64,000 bases of DNA from an uncultured virus (IMG/VR IMGVR_UViG_3300022745_000033) (taxonomy: Duplodnaviria > Heunggongvirae > Uroviricota > Caudoviricetes), in IMG/VR virus record IMGVR_UViG_3300022745_000033. One strand, given 5' to 3'. This document shows, one piece after another, positions 45,001-54,457 of the stretch (position 1 is its first letter; each line of letters begins with the position of its first letter). The notes beneath the pieces were generated by a model. That model made no database searches. It was not told the origin of the DNA and saw nothing but the letters and a program-made list of their open reading frames with translations. Position numbers and translations under genes: made by a program.

Positions 45001-46014
45001 TTACACCAGCAGCGTGCGGTTTTCACGAATCCACTCCGTGAAGGCTTTTGTCTCGCATATTTCCGGGTCACGGCGATCTGCAGCGGTGACGAACACCACT
45101 TCAAAATCCTTGCTCATGCGTTTGACGTACTTCAGAAGGTTCTGAAAGTTGTCTTTGTTCACTCGGGGCTCCAGACCAGCCAAGATGGCGTAACGTGTCG
45201 AGGGGCTTTCGGGCACCTGTACTTCGTCTGGGTGAGTTGCGATACGGTCAAGGTCAGGCATATTTTTGCGGTCACGTGCAAAGCCCATAAGCTTCGTGGC
45301 CACACCCTCGCCGATAGTGCCTTGCAGGATCGGCAGCATGACCTCTGTACGCAAGTTGCTATTGATTACACGGTCTGCAAACGCCCACGTACGTGGTGTA
45401 TTGAATGCACGAGCACCGGGTTCGACTTTTTCGACGCAGAGGTCGTTGGGCTGCATACGGAGGTAGCCACGTGTGGTGTCACTGACACCGTGTGGAATTG
45501 CCCAATCCACCCAATCTTCGAGGTTGACTGTGTAGTCGAGGTGAATGAAGCGATTGCATAGTGGGGCAGGCATGGCGTGGACAACACCGCGATCTGTCGC
45601 TCGGTTCCCTGCGGCCATGACGGTCCATCCTGGCGGTAGTTCGTAGTCACCTATCCGTCGGTCGAGCGTAAGCTGGTATGCCCCTGCCTGCACGGATGGT
45701 GGCGCGCCATTGATCTCATCAAGGAATATCACACCGTGACCATCCGTCGGTAAGCTCTTCATCGGGAAGAACATCATGGTCTTGTCAGACTGGTCAGGCA
45801 TAGGGAAGCCCTTGAGGTCTGTTGGATCGCAGTTAGAGAGACGAATGTCAACCAGCCGAAGGTGGTTCTTTTTAACTTTGATCCTGGAGTTGATGCGCTC
45901 GACAGCAGCACGCATCACATCAGATTTACCTACACCTGGAGGACCCCAGATCATGGTTGGTTGCTTCAGGCCAATGAGAAATTCAATGGCTTCGATCATC
46001 AGGGAAGGCTTCAT
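45001..46014 (-). CDS. MoxR-like AAA+ ATPase
   Basis: GPPGVGKS Walker A, IFLDE Walker B, AAGN sensor, PLCNRF arginine finger, TPRTW. Confidence 0.92.
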   Translation of the reverse strand: MKPSLMIEAIEFLIGLKQPTMIWGPPGVGKSDVMRAAVERINSRIKVKKNHLRLVDIRLSNCDPTDLKGFPMPDQSDKTMMFFPMKSLPTDGHGVIFLDEINGAPPSVQAGAYQLTLDRRIGDYELPPGWTVMAAGNRATDRGVVHAMPAPLCNRFIHLDYTVNLEDWVDWAIPHGVSDTTRGYLRMQPNDLCVEKVEPGARAFNTPRTWAFADRVINSNLRTEVMLPILQGTIGEGVATKLMGFARDRKNMPDLDRIATHPDEVQVPESPSTRYAILAGLEPRVNKDNFQNLLKYVKRMSKDFEVVFVTAADRRDPEICETKAFTEWIRENRTLLV

Positions 46015-46044
46015 GGTTCCACCTATTTGAAGTTAGATTAAAGA

Positions 46045-46212
46045 CTAGCCACGGTAAGCGTGGTGATCGGGTCCGTAAGTGACGCAATAGAGACTTTTAT
46101 CTCCGTTGAGTTCATCACGTTTGAGTTTCGCCTCGGTCTTGGAAGCGAAGAAAGTGTTGGGGAGGATGCGACCAGTCTGGGTGTCGCGCAATGCAAAGAG
46201 ACGAAGTTTCAT
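46045..46212 (-). CDS. small hypothetical protein (not in ORF track)
   Basis: MKLRLFALRDTQTG...YCVTYGPDHHAYRG-stop, 55 aa. Confidence 0.55.
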   Translation of the reverse strand: MKLRLFALRDTQTGRILPNTFFASKTEAKLKRDELNGDKSLYCVTYGPDHHAYRG

Positions 46213-46453
46213 GTTTCCACTTCTTAGAAGTTTTGTTTAATCTAATTACGATTATAGATTACGAGACGAAGATGATGTCCTCCTTGTTGAACACTTGGTA
46301 CAAATTCCTGCCGTTGTGCGGGATGGCTACTTCTACTTGAGTTCTGCCGATCTCGCGGATCACACGCCCGGAGCACCATGCCAGAGGTACTTTACGCATC
46401 GGAACTAAGACATTTTTCATGATCAGATCTAAATGTGTGTACGTTTTATTTCT

Positions 46454-46702
46454 TCAGCATCGCACACCTTTAGACAAGATATGTTTGTTGCCGTCATTGC
46501 GGTAATAAACCTGCTCTTCACCAGGCTCGTACTTCCCACTGAACTTGTTAACCGTTTGCGCGGGCGTAAGACGAGTGCTGTGTGGTTTGTTGTGACCGTA
46601 TGTACACCCTAAACACTTGTACTGTGTTTTATCGGATGTACTTTTGTTGTGGAAGAACTCACAAAATGGTTTTTCTTCCTTGCAGGCTGGACAAGTTCTC
46701 AT
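46454..46702 (-). CDS. zinc-finger protein
   Basis: MRTCPACKEEKP..F..YKCLGC; ATGA overlap with upstream gene. Confidence 0.6.
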   Translation of the reverse strand: MRTCPACKEEKPFCEFFHNKSTSDKTQYKCLGCTYGHNKPHSTRLTPAQTVNKFSGKYEPGEEQVYYRNDGNKHILSKGVRC

Positions 46703-46932
46703 GGCGTAGAAGATGTTGTGGCTGACTCGACCCAGTCGAAAGGCTCGGCGTCCGGCACCATATTGGCGACAGTGGTCCGGTATTCGGCAATGCTTTGATA
46801 CATGCAATCTATGAACGCAGCATCACGTTGTGTGAAGGTGCCGTGAGCTTTAAGAGTCTCGACGGCGCCAATCAGACGGGCGCATTCGATGGCTTTATCG
46901 AATGAGTTTTTAAGAAACATGCGTTGGTTCAT
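46699..46932 (-). CDS. hypothetical protein
   Basis: 77 aa, AGGAG RBS. Confidence 0.6.
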   Translation of the reverse strand: MNQRMFLKNSFDKAIECARLIGAVETLKAHGTFTQRDAAFIDCMYQSIAEYRTTVANMVPDAEPFDWVESATTSSTP

Positions 46933-46974
46933 TTATTTGCTCCTATACCGACCAGCGCAATGCCGCACTGTTCA

Positions 46975-47166
46975 TCATGTTTGTTCTTCCTTTACATGCT
47001 GCGCAGTCGGCTGCTGATCCTGTAATCTGCTAATTGCCCAAGTCAGGGCAGCGATTTCAGCTTTGTCGAACGATGTGTTATGGGTAGCATTTGCCACACG
47101 CTCGTGCAGCCACCTCACACGACGCTGGAGGAAACGCAGATGCCTGGAAGGGTCGCTGCTAGTCAT
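46975..47166 (-). CDS. hypothetical protein
   Basis: 63 aa in early operon. Confidence 0.5.
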   Translation of the reverse strand: MTSSDPSRHLRFLQRRVRWLHERVANATHNTSFDKAEIAALTWAISRLQDQQPTAQHVKEEQT

Positions 47167-47313
47167 GTGATCTCAACAACAGTTCGAGAGACATGATCAC
47201 CGCGCCGACACTGGTAGCAATCTGGGCGTAGTGTGAAGGCGGCGTGTCCATGCAAGCGTTGACAACGCTTTCAACAAGCAGAGCAGTCCAGAGAAGGGTA
47301 AGGGTAAATCGAG

Positions 47314-47832
47314 TCATGCGGGTGCTCCTTCCTTTGTCTTGGGCCAGCCTGCCTTGACGAAGTCTGCGATCACGTTCTGCACCACAGGCAACGTGCGCAC
47401 GGCCTTGGCCTCGTCTTGAGGCAGGTACTTCTCGAACTCAGGCAGAGCGTCGGCAAGAGCCTTGCGTGTGGTCACGCTCATAGTCACACCACGAATCTGC
47501 TCTTCCAGCTTGGCACGCTGGATGTTTTGCTCACGGTGCCGCACATCCAGTGCTTTCAGGGTCTCCCACAACTCGGGTAAGTTACGTTCAACGAAGTTAT
47601 AGTGAGAAGAGTAGGTGTACACAGAGAGCAGATGCCCAGGCAATTGGACACTCTGGAGATTCACCCAATTTCCTTGTCCAAGCTCGGCTATTTCGACGCC
47701 AAACGTCTCCTTGAAGTAGGAGGCAATGGCATTGATGACCAGCTTGCTTGCTGCTTCGTTGTAGTCGACGAAGGGTACGTCGTTCATGACAGAGCGTACG
47801 AATGCGTCACGGATGGTGTTAGTGAGTCTCAT
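47314..47832 (-). CDS. Nmad5-like (nucleotide-modification-associated) protein
   Basis: MRLTNTIRDAF start; SVTTRKALADALPEFEKYLP..LPV C-terminal pattern. Confidence 0.7.
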   Translation of the reverse strand: MRLTNTIRDAFVRSVMNDVPFVDYNEAASKLVINAIASYFKETFGVEIAELGQGNWVNLQSVQLPGHLLSVYTYSSHYNFVERNLPELWETLKALDVRHREQNIQRAKLEEQIRGVTMSVTTRKALADALPEFEKYLPQDEAKAVRTLPVVQNVIADFVKAGWPKTKEGAPA

Positions 47833-47961
47833 TGTTCAAACTTTCGGAAGGTTACGCGGTGCATGAATTCGCGGCCTCGGTCATAGGCCAGCTTCAGGTG
47901 GTAGGAGGTGTAGTACATCGTGAAGGACGAACGAAACTCGATCATCCCCATCACGAACGCT

Positions 47962-48183
47962 TCAATTTTTTCCATAGGTTCCTCTCAGTCGAGCTAGCGC
48001 TGCTTTCTCTTCGGTTAAATAAATGAATTCGTACTGCTTTCCTTGTGGAGAGCAGTTACGGCTTCTGGAGTCAGGGTGGTGACATGCCCCGACGAACACA
48101 CCTGATTCAGGCGAGTGATAGTGGCAGTCCCTACACCCATGTTTGCGAGGGACGATGACTTTGGTGATGGTGCGGTCGGTCAT
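47962..48183 (-). CDS. small Cys/His-rich protein ending ALARLRG
   Basis: 73 aa, CRDC..C..C. Confidence 0.55.
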   Translation of the reverse strand: MTDRTITKVIVPRKHGCRDCHYHSPESGVFVGACHHPDSRSRNCSPQGKQYEFIYLTEEKAALARLRGTYGKN

Positions 48184-48401
48184 TGAATCCTCCCACGTAG
48201 ACGTGCCTTAATGGCGTCGTCTATGCGCATCCAGATAATGTTTTTGCAGTCAGGAAGCGCTCCATATCCGTTTATACCGGTCTGACATCTCGGAAGGCGA
48301 TAACCAACACATTGGGTACATGAGGGGCCAACTTCGGTTCCGTCTGTGACGGCAACAATTTCGTCGCCGTCCCATAACTTGGTTTCAAGTAATGTGATCA
48401 T
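48180..48401 (-). CDS. small Cys-rich protein ending KARLRG
   Basis: 73 aa, CTQC..C..C. Confidence 0.55.
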   Translation of the reverse strand: MITLLETKLWDGDEIVAVTDGTEVGPSCTQCVGYRLPRCQTGINGYGALPDCKNIIWMRIDDAIKARLRGRIQ

Positions 48402-48448
48402 CTAAAGTTTCTTTCTGCCTTCATGGACCGGGGTCTCCATCAGCCTGA

Positions 48449-50830
48449 TCATTTCGTCTTCGCCTTGGCTCCCTTCGTTGCGAAGTGATCGGCGATGTAC
48501 TTGCTGAAGTTCTTGGTGTCCTGCCATTGCACGGACAACCCATTCACGCTCTTGTTGTTCACCCACACGACCTTGGTATGGACGCGGTGGTGCTTGAGCA
48601 GGCTCGTGAATTTGTTGGGCGATACAGGGATGTTGCCCACCACGTACTCCAGCATGGCGCGCAGCTCATCGCGGGCGATGTTGCATTTGCCATCTGGTGC
48701 TGTGCGGCCCAGCAGGGCAGCGAGCACTTCACGGTAGTCCTCGACTTTGCCGTTGAGCATTGCATTGCGCTGGTAGGACAGGTCGGTAGGCAGCTGGTCG
48801 ATGAAGAAGCCGAAGTTCCCTTCCAGCAGAGCCGACGCCACGGTGTCGATAGACGACTCCGAGATAGAGATCATGGTGTCGCGGTCTGTGGTGTGGATCA
48901 CTTCGCCTGCCTTCTGTTCATCCAGTGGGTAGGACAGAAGGAAGTCATGAAACGATTGCAACTCTTTCTCAAGGTCGGCCAGCTCCTTGTCGCTGATGAC
49001 CAGCTTGTCGGGCTGGTAGCGACCAACGTTGAAACGGCGGTCGTTCTTGTCGATCAGCACTGGGTCTGTCATGTTGGACATGAGAATCCAGTTGGTGTAA
49101 TTGCGGGCTTCCTGTGCGTTGCTGTACATGGCACGCATGGGCACAAACTCCTCAGTGATGAAGTTTTTAAGTTTGGCCATGACGCCCTTCTCGTTTTGGA
49201 GCGCCTTGATCTGCACCTCGTCCACAAACACGAGCAACGAGTTCTCCATGAACTGGTTGTACTTGTCTGCCAGCTCCTCCATCCGACGGCTAGCTACATG
49301 AGCAGCACCGAAGATCGGACGCAGGATGTTGTTAGTCAGGATGCCTTTTCCTGTCCCTTGGGTGCCATGCAGCACCCAGGCTGTTTTGGCGCGATCACGG
49401 CGTTGCAGTACGAATGCAGTCCAGTTCAGGAAGTGCTCAGTCACATCCACATCCATACCCAGTGCGTGGTGCAGGACTTTGAAAATGGTGGGCGGGCACT
49501 TGGTGACCTTCTTGGCCTGGGTCTTCATGTACGGGCTAGGCACGAACTTGTTGATGACTTTGTTGGCTACGTCCACACGCACGTTGTCCATGGGATCAAA
49601 CACCAGGTCCCACTCAGGGATGTAGTCGCTCAGCGGCACACCGTACTGGAGGGCAAAGTGACGAAGTTGGGTTTCGTTCTTGGCGGGTGTGATATCCAGA
49701 AGGTCAGAAGTGTTGTCGTAAGTGCCACGGTAATAGATGCCAGACTTGCGGTCACAGAAAGCCAGGTACGTAATGCCTGAGCTTGACGTGCGTAGATTTC
49801 CTGAGCTGGTGATCTGGAGCCAGTATTCGGGCAGCAGCTCTTTGGTGAGGTAGCTCGGCTCACCCTTGAAGTTGTGGATGTAGTCAGGTTTGTCCTCCGG
49901 GTGGTAGTAAGCCCAGCTGTCACCACCATTCAGGTTGAAGTACACGAAACCGCGTTCGACCTTCATCTCGGTGATGGTGGCCTCGTCCGGCTTGAGCAGG
50001 ACGTGGGCTTGACCGGCTACCTTGTAGGTGAACTTGCGCTTGGGCAATCCGAGCGAGTCACGCAGTTCGTTCACACGCTCGTGTGTGAGTTTGGTGTTCT
50101 TCTCGGTGGTGTTGATAGCACTAGCCAACGAGAGCACGTCGTACTTGCGCTTCTCCAGCTTGATGCGTGGGTTCTTGCCCATCGGGTCCTTGATGCCCTT
50201 GAGGATGGGAGGCGCAATGTAGATGAGCTTGTCGTTCTGGCATGCGCTGATGTCCAGTGGCCAGGAGATGGAGTTGCCAGTTTTGGTCAGACCCATGGAG
50301 TCACGCAGCATGGGGACTTCGTGGTTCTTCTGGATTAGCCATTGCTTGAGCAGAGGTGCTGCGTACGAACGGTCGAGCATCATGAAAACGTGGGCACGAA
50401 TCTTTTTATCGGACACGCCATAGGAAGCTGACCACTGCACCACATAGGAGATGTCTTGCAACCCCATCTCACCGAGGAACAAGTCGATGGTGAGCGGTTG
50501 TGAAACAGTCTGACCACCAGGTGTCTGGATGGTGATGTGTTCGGGTAGTCCATCTAGGTCTAGCACCAACCATTCTGTGGTGTCGTTGGTTGAAGTGCTG
50601 CCTGCACGAGACTCTTTCACCAGGTCACGAGAGATGACACCTTTGAGCACACAGTTGCCTTTTGCTGCGTGTTTATTCAGAAGTGACTCGAACTGGGACA
50701 GGTTGTTGACAGACTCTTGGTGGGAGGTGAACTCCCACACAAAGGGGTAGGGAGTCTTTATGAGATCACCGTTGACTTTCGTATATTGCTTGGTCAAAGG
50801 CTCACTTGCTTGGAGGAAGTAGACGTTCAT
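48449..50830 (-). CDS. primase-helicase (primase domain plus SF3/DUF5906-type NTPase)
   Basis: LVLDLDG and RAH primase-type motifs; GTQGTGKG Walker A, FVDE, DRRF; start at MNVYFL after AAGGAC. Confidence 0.85.
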   Translation of the reverse strand: MNVYFLQASEPLTKQYTKVNGDLIKTPYPFVWEFTSHQESVNNLSQFESLLNKHAAKGNCVLKGVISRDLVKESRAGSTSTNDTTEWLVLDLDGLPEHITIQTPGGQTVSQPLTIDLFLGEMGLQDISYVVQWSASYGVSDKKIRAHVFMMLDRSYAAPLLKQWLIQKNHEVPMLRDSMGLTKTGNSISWPLDISACQNDKLIYIAPPILKGIKDPMGKNPRIKLEKRKYDVLSLASAINTTEKNTKLTHERVNELRDSLGLPKRKFTYKVAGQAHVLLKPDEATITEMKVERGFVYFNLNGGDSWAYYHPEDKPDYIHNFKGEPSYLTKELLPEYWLQITSSGNLRTSSSGITYLAFCDRKSGIYYRGTYDNTSDLLDITPAKNETQLRHFALQYGVPLSDYIPEWDLVFDPMDNVRVDVANKVINKFVPSPYMKTQAKKVTKCPPTIFKVLHHALGMDVDVTEHFLNWTAFVLQRRDRAKTAWVLHGTQGTGKGILTNNILRPIFGAAHVASRRMEELADKYNQFMENSLLVFVDEVQIKALQNEKGVMAKLKNFITEEFVPMRAMYSNAQEARNYTNWILMSNMTDPVLIDKNDRRFNVGRYQPDKLVISDKELADLEKELQSFHDFLLSYPLDEQKAGEVIHTTDRDTMISISESSIDTVASALLEGNFGFFIDQLPTDLSYQRNAMLNGKVEDYREVLAALLGRTAPDGKCNIARDELRAMLEYVVGNIPVSPNKFTSLLKHHRVHTKVVWVNNKSVNGLSVQWQDTKNFSKYIADHFATKGAKAKTK

Positions 50831-50921
50831 GAAAGTCCTTTCAGAGAGGGAGAGTGTATTCGATCTAAAACAGAGCTTAGAACCATAAACCATAATAGGT
50901 GTTCATAAGCCTGTTTTCCCT

Positions 50922-51027
50922 CTATATATCTATATACCTTATACTCTTATACTTATAATCTTATCTTATTATTTTGAAATAAAGATTAGATATTAGATAC
51001 TGATTAGAAAAACCTATATAGAGATGG
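50922..51027. repeat. AT-rich element, copy 2 (candidate origin)
   Basis: Homologous to 22747-22847; terminal inverted CTATATA/TATATAG; directly upstream of primase-helicase. Confidence 0.85.
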
Positions 51028-51075
51028 GGCGGCAGTTCATAACGAAAGACCATATTCCCATCGACCAAGATCGAA

Positions 51076-51113
51076 GAAGTAGGCGGTAGAGGCATAGCCC
51101 TACCACCTACTTC
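51076..51113 (-). other. long hairpin after 51123 gene (terminator or processing site)
   Basis: GAAGTAGG-T-GGTAG-GGC / GCC-T-CTACC-G-CCTACTTC on the minus strand. Confidence 0.6.
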
Positions 51114-51122
51114 ACTCAGTCC

Positions 51123-52013
51123 TTAACCGACATTCGCTTCAGACGCTTCAGCAACACGCTGAGCAGTACGGAACTTAGGTGACGCGAGTACACGCTTGAT
51201 GTCACGTTCTACGTTGAACGCACCATCATCAATATCCTCAGCTTCACGGTCAGAGAGCGAGCGATCATCTTCAGCCCACTCAGCCACATTGTTCGCAGCG
51301 CGTTGCGCGTTGTCCAGCAGAACTCGTTGTAGCTCGATCGGTAGTGCCGAGAATTCTTTGCTACGTTCAGCTGCACTGCTTTCATCAGACCTCAGTGCGA
51401 ATTCCATCATCATGACTGCAGCACCGGTCATAGCGTCAACGTTCTCTTTGACTTGCACTAGCTTGTCTTCTTTCTTAGCCAGCTTGGACTCGAAGCGACG
51501 TTGGGTGGTCTCGGTATCCCAGTCGTATGCTTTGGCACGACGTTGGATGTTCATCTTCATCCGACGCTGAGTGTCTTGACCTACCCGGTAAGGTTTGTCA
51601 CTAGAGAACGCAGTTTCAATGTCAGGGATTTCGTAGACACGTGCATTGCCATTCCAGTCCCAGGTCATCTCAACAAGTTGCTTAGCCAGGTCGTGCCATT
51701 GGTCACGTTGCGAGTTCAATGCACGGATGCTTTCACATGCGGTCTCGTTACTAGAGCCCTGTTCACGGAAAGATTCTTCAGCGAAGTCTTTTTCGTGCAA
51801 CGCAGTGGTGAGTTCAGCCATTGAATCCACACCACCGTTAGCGTGGAAGATTTCTTGGCGGATGTTCTTGAAGATGCCACGCGAAGTCGTAGCGATAAGC
51901 TGGTCGATCTTCCACGCGGTAGACGCAGCCATTTGTGCAGCGATCCGAACTTCAGGCACTTTGACGACGTAGTCATACAGGTTGAAGTAGTGGTGGGTGG
52001 TGTTAGCAGACAT
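51123..52013 (-). CDS. early hypothetical protein (helical, charged)
   Basis: Start MSANTT after AAAGGA; ~296 aa. Confidence 0.75.
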   Translation of the reverse strand: MSANTTHHYFNLYDYVVKVPEVRIAAQMAASTAWKIDQLIATTSRGIFKNIRQEIFHANGGVDSMAELTTALHEKDFAEESFREQGSSNETACESIRALNSQRDQWHDLAKQLVEMTWDWNGNARVYEIPDIETAFSSDKPYRVGQDTQRRMKMNIQRRAKAYDWDTETTQRRFESKLAKKEDKLVQVKENVDAMTGAAVMMMEFALRSDESSAAERSKEFSALPIELQRVLLDNAQRAANNVAEWAEDDRSLSDREAEDIDDGAFNVERDIKRVLASPKFRTAQRVAEASEANVG

Positions 52014-52076
52014 GATGATTCCTTTAATAAAGAGTTGATTGAGTGGGATGCAGTCACTCACTGCCTGGGGAACGGT

Positions 52077-52268
52077 TTAACGCAGCGGTGTGGCGCAGAT
52101 ACGGCCAAGCACGATTTGCTGTGCTTCTTCTTCAGAGACATCGAGCACCTCAGCAATTTGCTGGATCTTTGCCCACATCACTGCGTAGGGGTCTAGCTCT
52201 TCAACAGCCTCGTCTTCGATGAATTCGAGAGAGATGAACAGAGCGGGTGGTTGTTTTCGGATAGCCAT
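52077..52268 (-). CDS. early hypothetical protein
   Basis: AAGGAC RBS, start MAIRKQ, downstream of a repeat copy. Confidence 0.6.
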   Translation of the reverse strand: MAIRKQPPALFISLEFIEDEAVEELDPYAVMWAKIQQIAEVLDVSEEEAQQIVLGRICATPLR

Positions 52269-52343
52269 GAATGAGTCCTTTTGTATGTGCGAAATGCACA
52301 CGCCAAAAAGGCCCGAACGCATGTGCGCTCGGTATTTCTGGCT

Positions 52344-52580
52344 CTATGTGTTGTATTTGAAGAGCAGTCGTTCGTACTCTGCTTCGAGTAATTCGTCGTC
52401 GCCTTTAGCGAACGCTATTGCCTGCGCGTATAGGCGATCACGTAAGTGCGCACGCGGTGGTGTGATGACGACGTGACTTTTCAGTGGCGTTCTGATGTAG
52501 CCATTGAGTGGGTCAGTCAGCACTGGTTGGTTCATGCAAAGAGCGATGTATTTAGTCTCTTCGTCGCGCGTACGTCTCAT
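52344..52580 (-). CDS. early hypothetical protein
   Basis: AAGGAG RBS inside 69-bp repeat; start MRRTRD. Confidence 0.65.
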   Translation of the reverse strand: MRRTRDEETKYIALCMNQPVLTDPLNGYIRTPLKSHVVITPPRAHLRDRLYAQAIAFAKGDDELLEAEYERLLFKYNT

Positions 52581-52652
52581 GTGTTTACTCCTTGGGGTTA
52601 GATACACATGCGAAAAAGGCCCGAGCGCTTCAGCGCTCGGAACTTGGCTGAC

Positions 52653-52871
52653 TCAGTGAGCCATCTTGTGGCTGGGCTGGCGTGCAACGAATGCGTCGCG
52701 TGCAGCCTCGGTGTGGAAGAAGTGGATGCGTTCTGAGCCAGTACGTTCGTCAAACGTGTAGGCCTCGAACTCAGGCTCTTCGAAGTGAAGGTCCTGATGG
52801 TGAGAGCACGCATCCATGTGTGTGCCTTGGTTTGGGCAGGACAGGAAGTTGCAGCTACGGCAAGTGGTCAT
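52653..52871 (-). CDS. early hypothetical protein
   Basis: AAGGAG RBS inside 69-bp repeat; start MTTCRSC. Confidence 0.6.
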   Translation of the reverse strand: MTTCRSCNFLSCPNQGTHMDACSHHQDLHFEEPEFEAYTFDERTGSERIHFFHTEAARDAFVARQPSHKMAH

Positions 52872-52942
52872 GTGTTTACTCCTTGGGGTTAGATACACAT
52901 GCGAAAAAGGCCCGAGCGCTTCAGCGCTCGGAACTTCTCAGG

Positions 52943-53152
52943 CTAAGTACAGAGTGGTCGGAAGCACGGTGTGTTCATGTCAATGGTGTAGACATAGTCA
53001 CCGCGACGTACTTCGATGACCTGGACTGGGTATCCAACCAGATGGTTGTCGATCTTGTCCATTGCTTCTTCGAGCGTGTCGAATGTTGCGCAGAACTTCC
53101 AGTTAGGGTCGCCCTCTGCGTAGAGCGTTCCGCAAAACACGTTGTACTTCAT
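52943..53152 (-). CDS. early hypothetical protein
   Basis: Start MKYNVF, ATGA overlap with a 29-aa hydrophobic ORF (53149-53238). Confidence 0.55.
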   Translation of the reverse strand: MKYNVFCGTLYAEGDPNWKFCATFDTLEEAMDKIDNHLVGYPVQVIEVRRGDYVYTIDMNTPCFRPLCT

Positions 53153-53234
53153 GGCAGCACCATGAGCAGAGCGCAAAGAAAAATAGCTGCAGCGATGCAG
53201 CTATTGACGATGATCTCGCCGTGAGTGTCGAAAT

Positions 53235-53543
53235 TCATTTGAGTTCTCCTACTGAATACTTGATCCAACCGACGTGGTAATACCGGCCCTGTTCGAGGTA
53301 GCCGTAGAAACTGCGAGCCATGGACACGGTGACCATGGAGCAGATAAACGATGCAATGCCGGACATGGTTCCTATCAGCGTGCCCCAGTGAATCAATAGA
53401 TTTAAACTAAGAACAAACACGTGTAATAGGTTTCTTCTATCGCTGCCGAGCACCCGTAACCGAGTCCTCGGATTCAGCATGCTCAGCAGCACGAACTCGA
53501 ACAACACATTAAGTGCACCGAAGACAAAAACGGCTTCAATCAT
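53235..53543 (-). CDS. early membrane protein
   Basis: 102 aa, three hydrophobic segments. Confidence 0.65.
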   Translation of the reverse strand: MIEAVFVFGALNVLFEFVLLSMLNPRTRLRVLGSDRRNLLHVFVLSLNLLIHWGTLIGTMSGIASFICSMVTVSMARSFYGYLEQGRYYHVGWIKYSVGELK

Positions 53544-53721
53544 GGTTGCGCCCCTTCTCTAAATGTGCGAGAAGCGCGGTTTGAAGTTCCACGGCCACGT
53601 CGATGAGGCGCTCGACGCTTACCTCTACGTTGTAGTTATCGACGCTGTAGTCCAGCACCGTGTACCCTTCGTTGTCGATGATCTTGGCCTGCGCTTGTCC
53701 CAGTTTGATGATGATCTGCAT
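53536..53721 (-). CDS. early hypothetical protein
   Basis: 61 aa, AAGGAA RBS, downstream of a repeat copy. Confidence 0.6.
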   Translation of the reverse strand: MQIIIKLGQAQAKIIDNEGYTVLDYSVDNYNVEVSVERLIDVAVELQTALLAHLEKGRNHD

Positions 53722-53803
53722 ACCTGTTCCTTAGTTGATGGCATCAGCCCAGTGCTGATACACACGCCGAAAAGGACCGAGCGCCGAAGCGCCCGGTATT
53801 CAC

Positions 53804-54103
53804 TCACGCTGCCACCTGACGGATGACTGCCTGATTGCTGCCCTTCCATTGGTGGCGTTCCCAGACGGAGCCATCCGCCTTGGTGAAGCGCTTGACCGTG
53901 TGCGCAGGCTTCACAGCCTTGACCACGGGTGTGGGAGTTGCGATGCAGCCACGAGTGGCCAGCAGCGCGTCTTGCTCTGCAAGCTTTGCACGTTGCGCAC
54001 GGAACACCTCGGTTGCAAGTGCAAGCCGAGCTTCCAGTACAGTGACTTTGGCTTCCAGCTCTTTGTTGGCGGCGATGAGGGCGGGGCGGGTGATAGTTGC
54101 CAT
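53804..54103 (-). CDS. early coiled-coil hypothetical protein
   Basis: AAGGAG RBS, start MATITRP. Confidence 0.65.
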   Translation of the reverse strand: MATITRPALIAANKELEAKVTVLEARLALATEVFRAQRAKLAEQDALLATRGCIATPTPVVKAVKPAHTVKRFTKADGSVWERHQWKGSNQAVIRQVAA

Positions 54104-54223
54104 GGTGTTACTCCTTTGTTGGCGGGTTGGTTCACACGCCAAAAAGGCCCGAGCGCTTCAGCGCTCGGTTCCCCATTCCCCATAGTCCTCAAACAGAGGA
54201 GTAGGGCCGTAGCCCTACCTACC

Positions 54224-54457
54224 TCAGACTGCCTCAGCCTTCAGCTTCAGCTTGCGCTGACGCTGAGCGGGCACAACTTGGACAGCAGCGTCACGGCGTG
54301 CCGCCAGCTCTGCCGACTTGATCGTGTACTGCTCACTAGCAGACGAGACAACCTCTGCACCAAAACGCCCTGTAGCGTTAACAGAGACAACAGCACCATG
54401 TACTGCATACGCAGCGGTGTTAGCGACGAACTTACCAATAGCGGAACCTGCGGACAT
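54224..54457 (-). CDS. first early gene, hypothetical
   Basis: AAGGAG RBS, 77 aa. Confidence 0.65.
   Translation of the reverse strand: MSAGSAIGKFVANTAAYAVHGAVVSVNATGRFGAEVVSSASEQYTIKSAELAARRDAAVQVVPAQRQRKLKLKAEAV

Noticed and set aside
43529..48401. ARLRG as a ubiquitin-like LRGG terminus
   Set aside because: No di-glycine, extra residues follow, no beta-grasp-like sequences or E1/E2 genes seen
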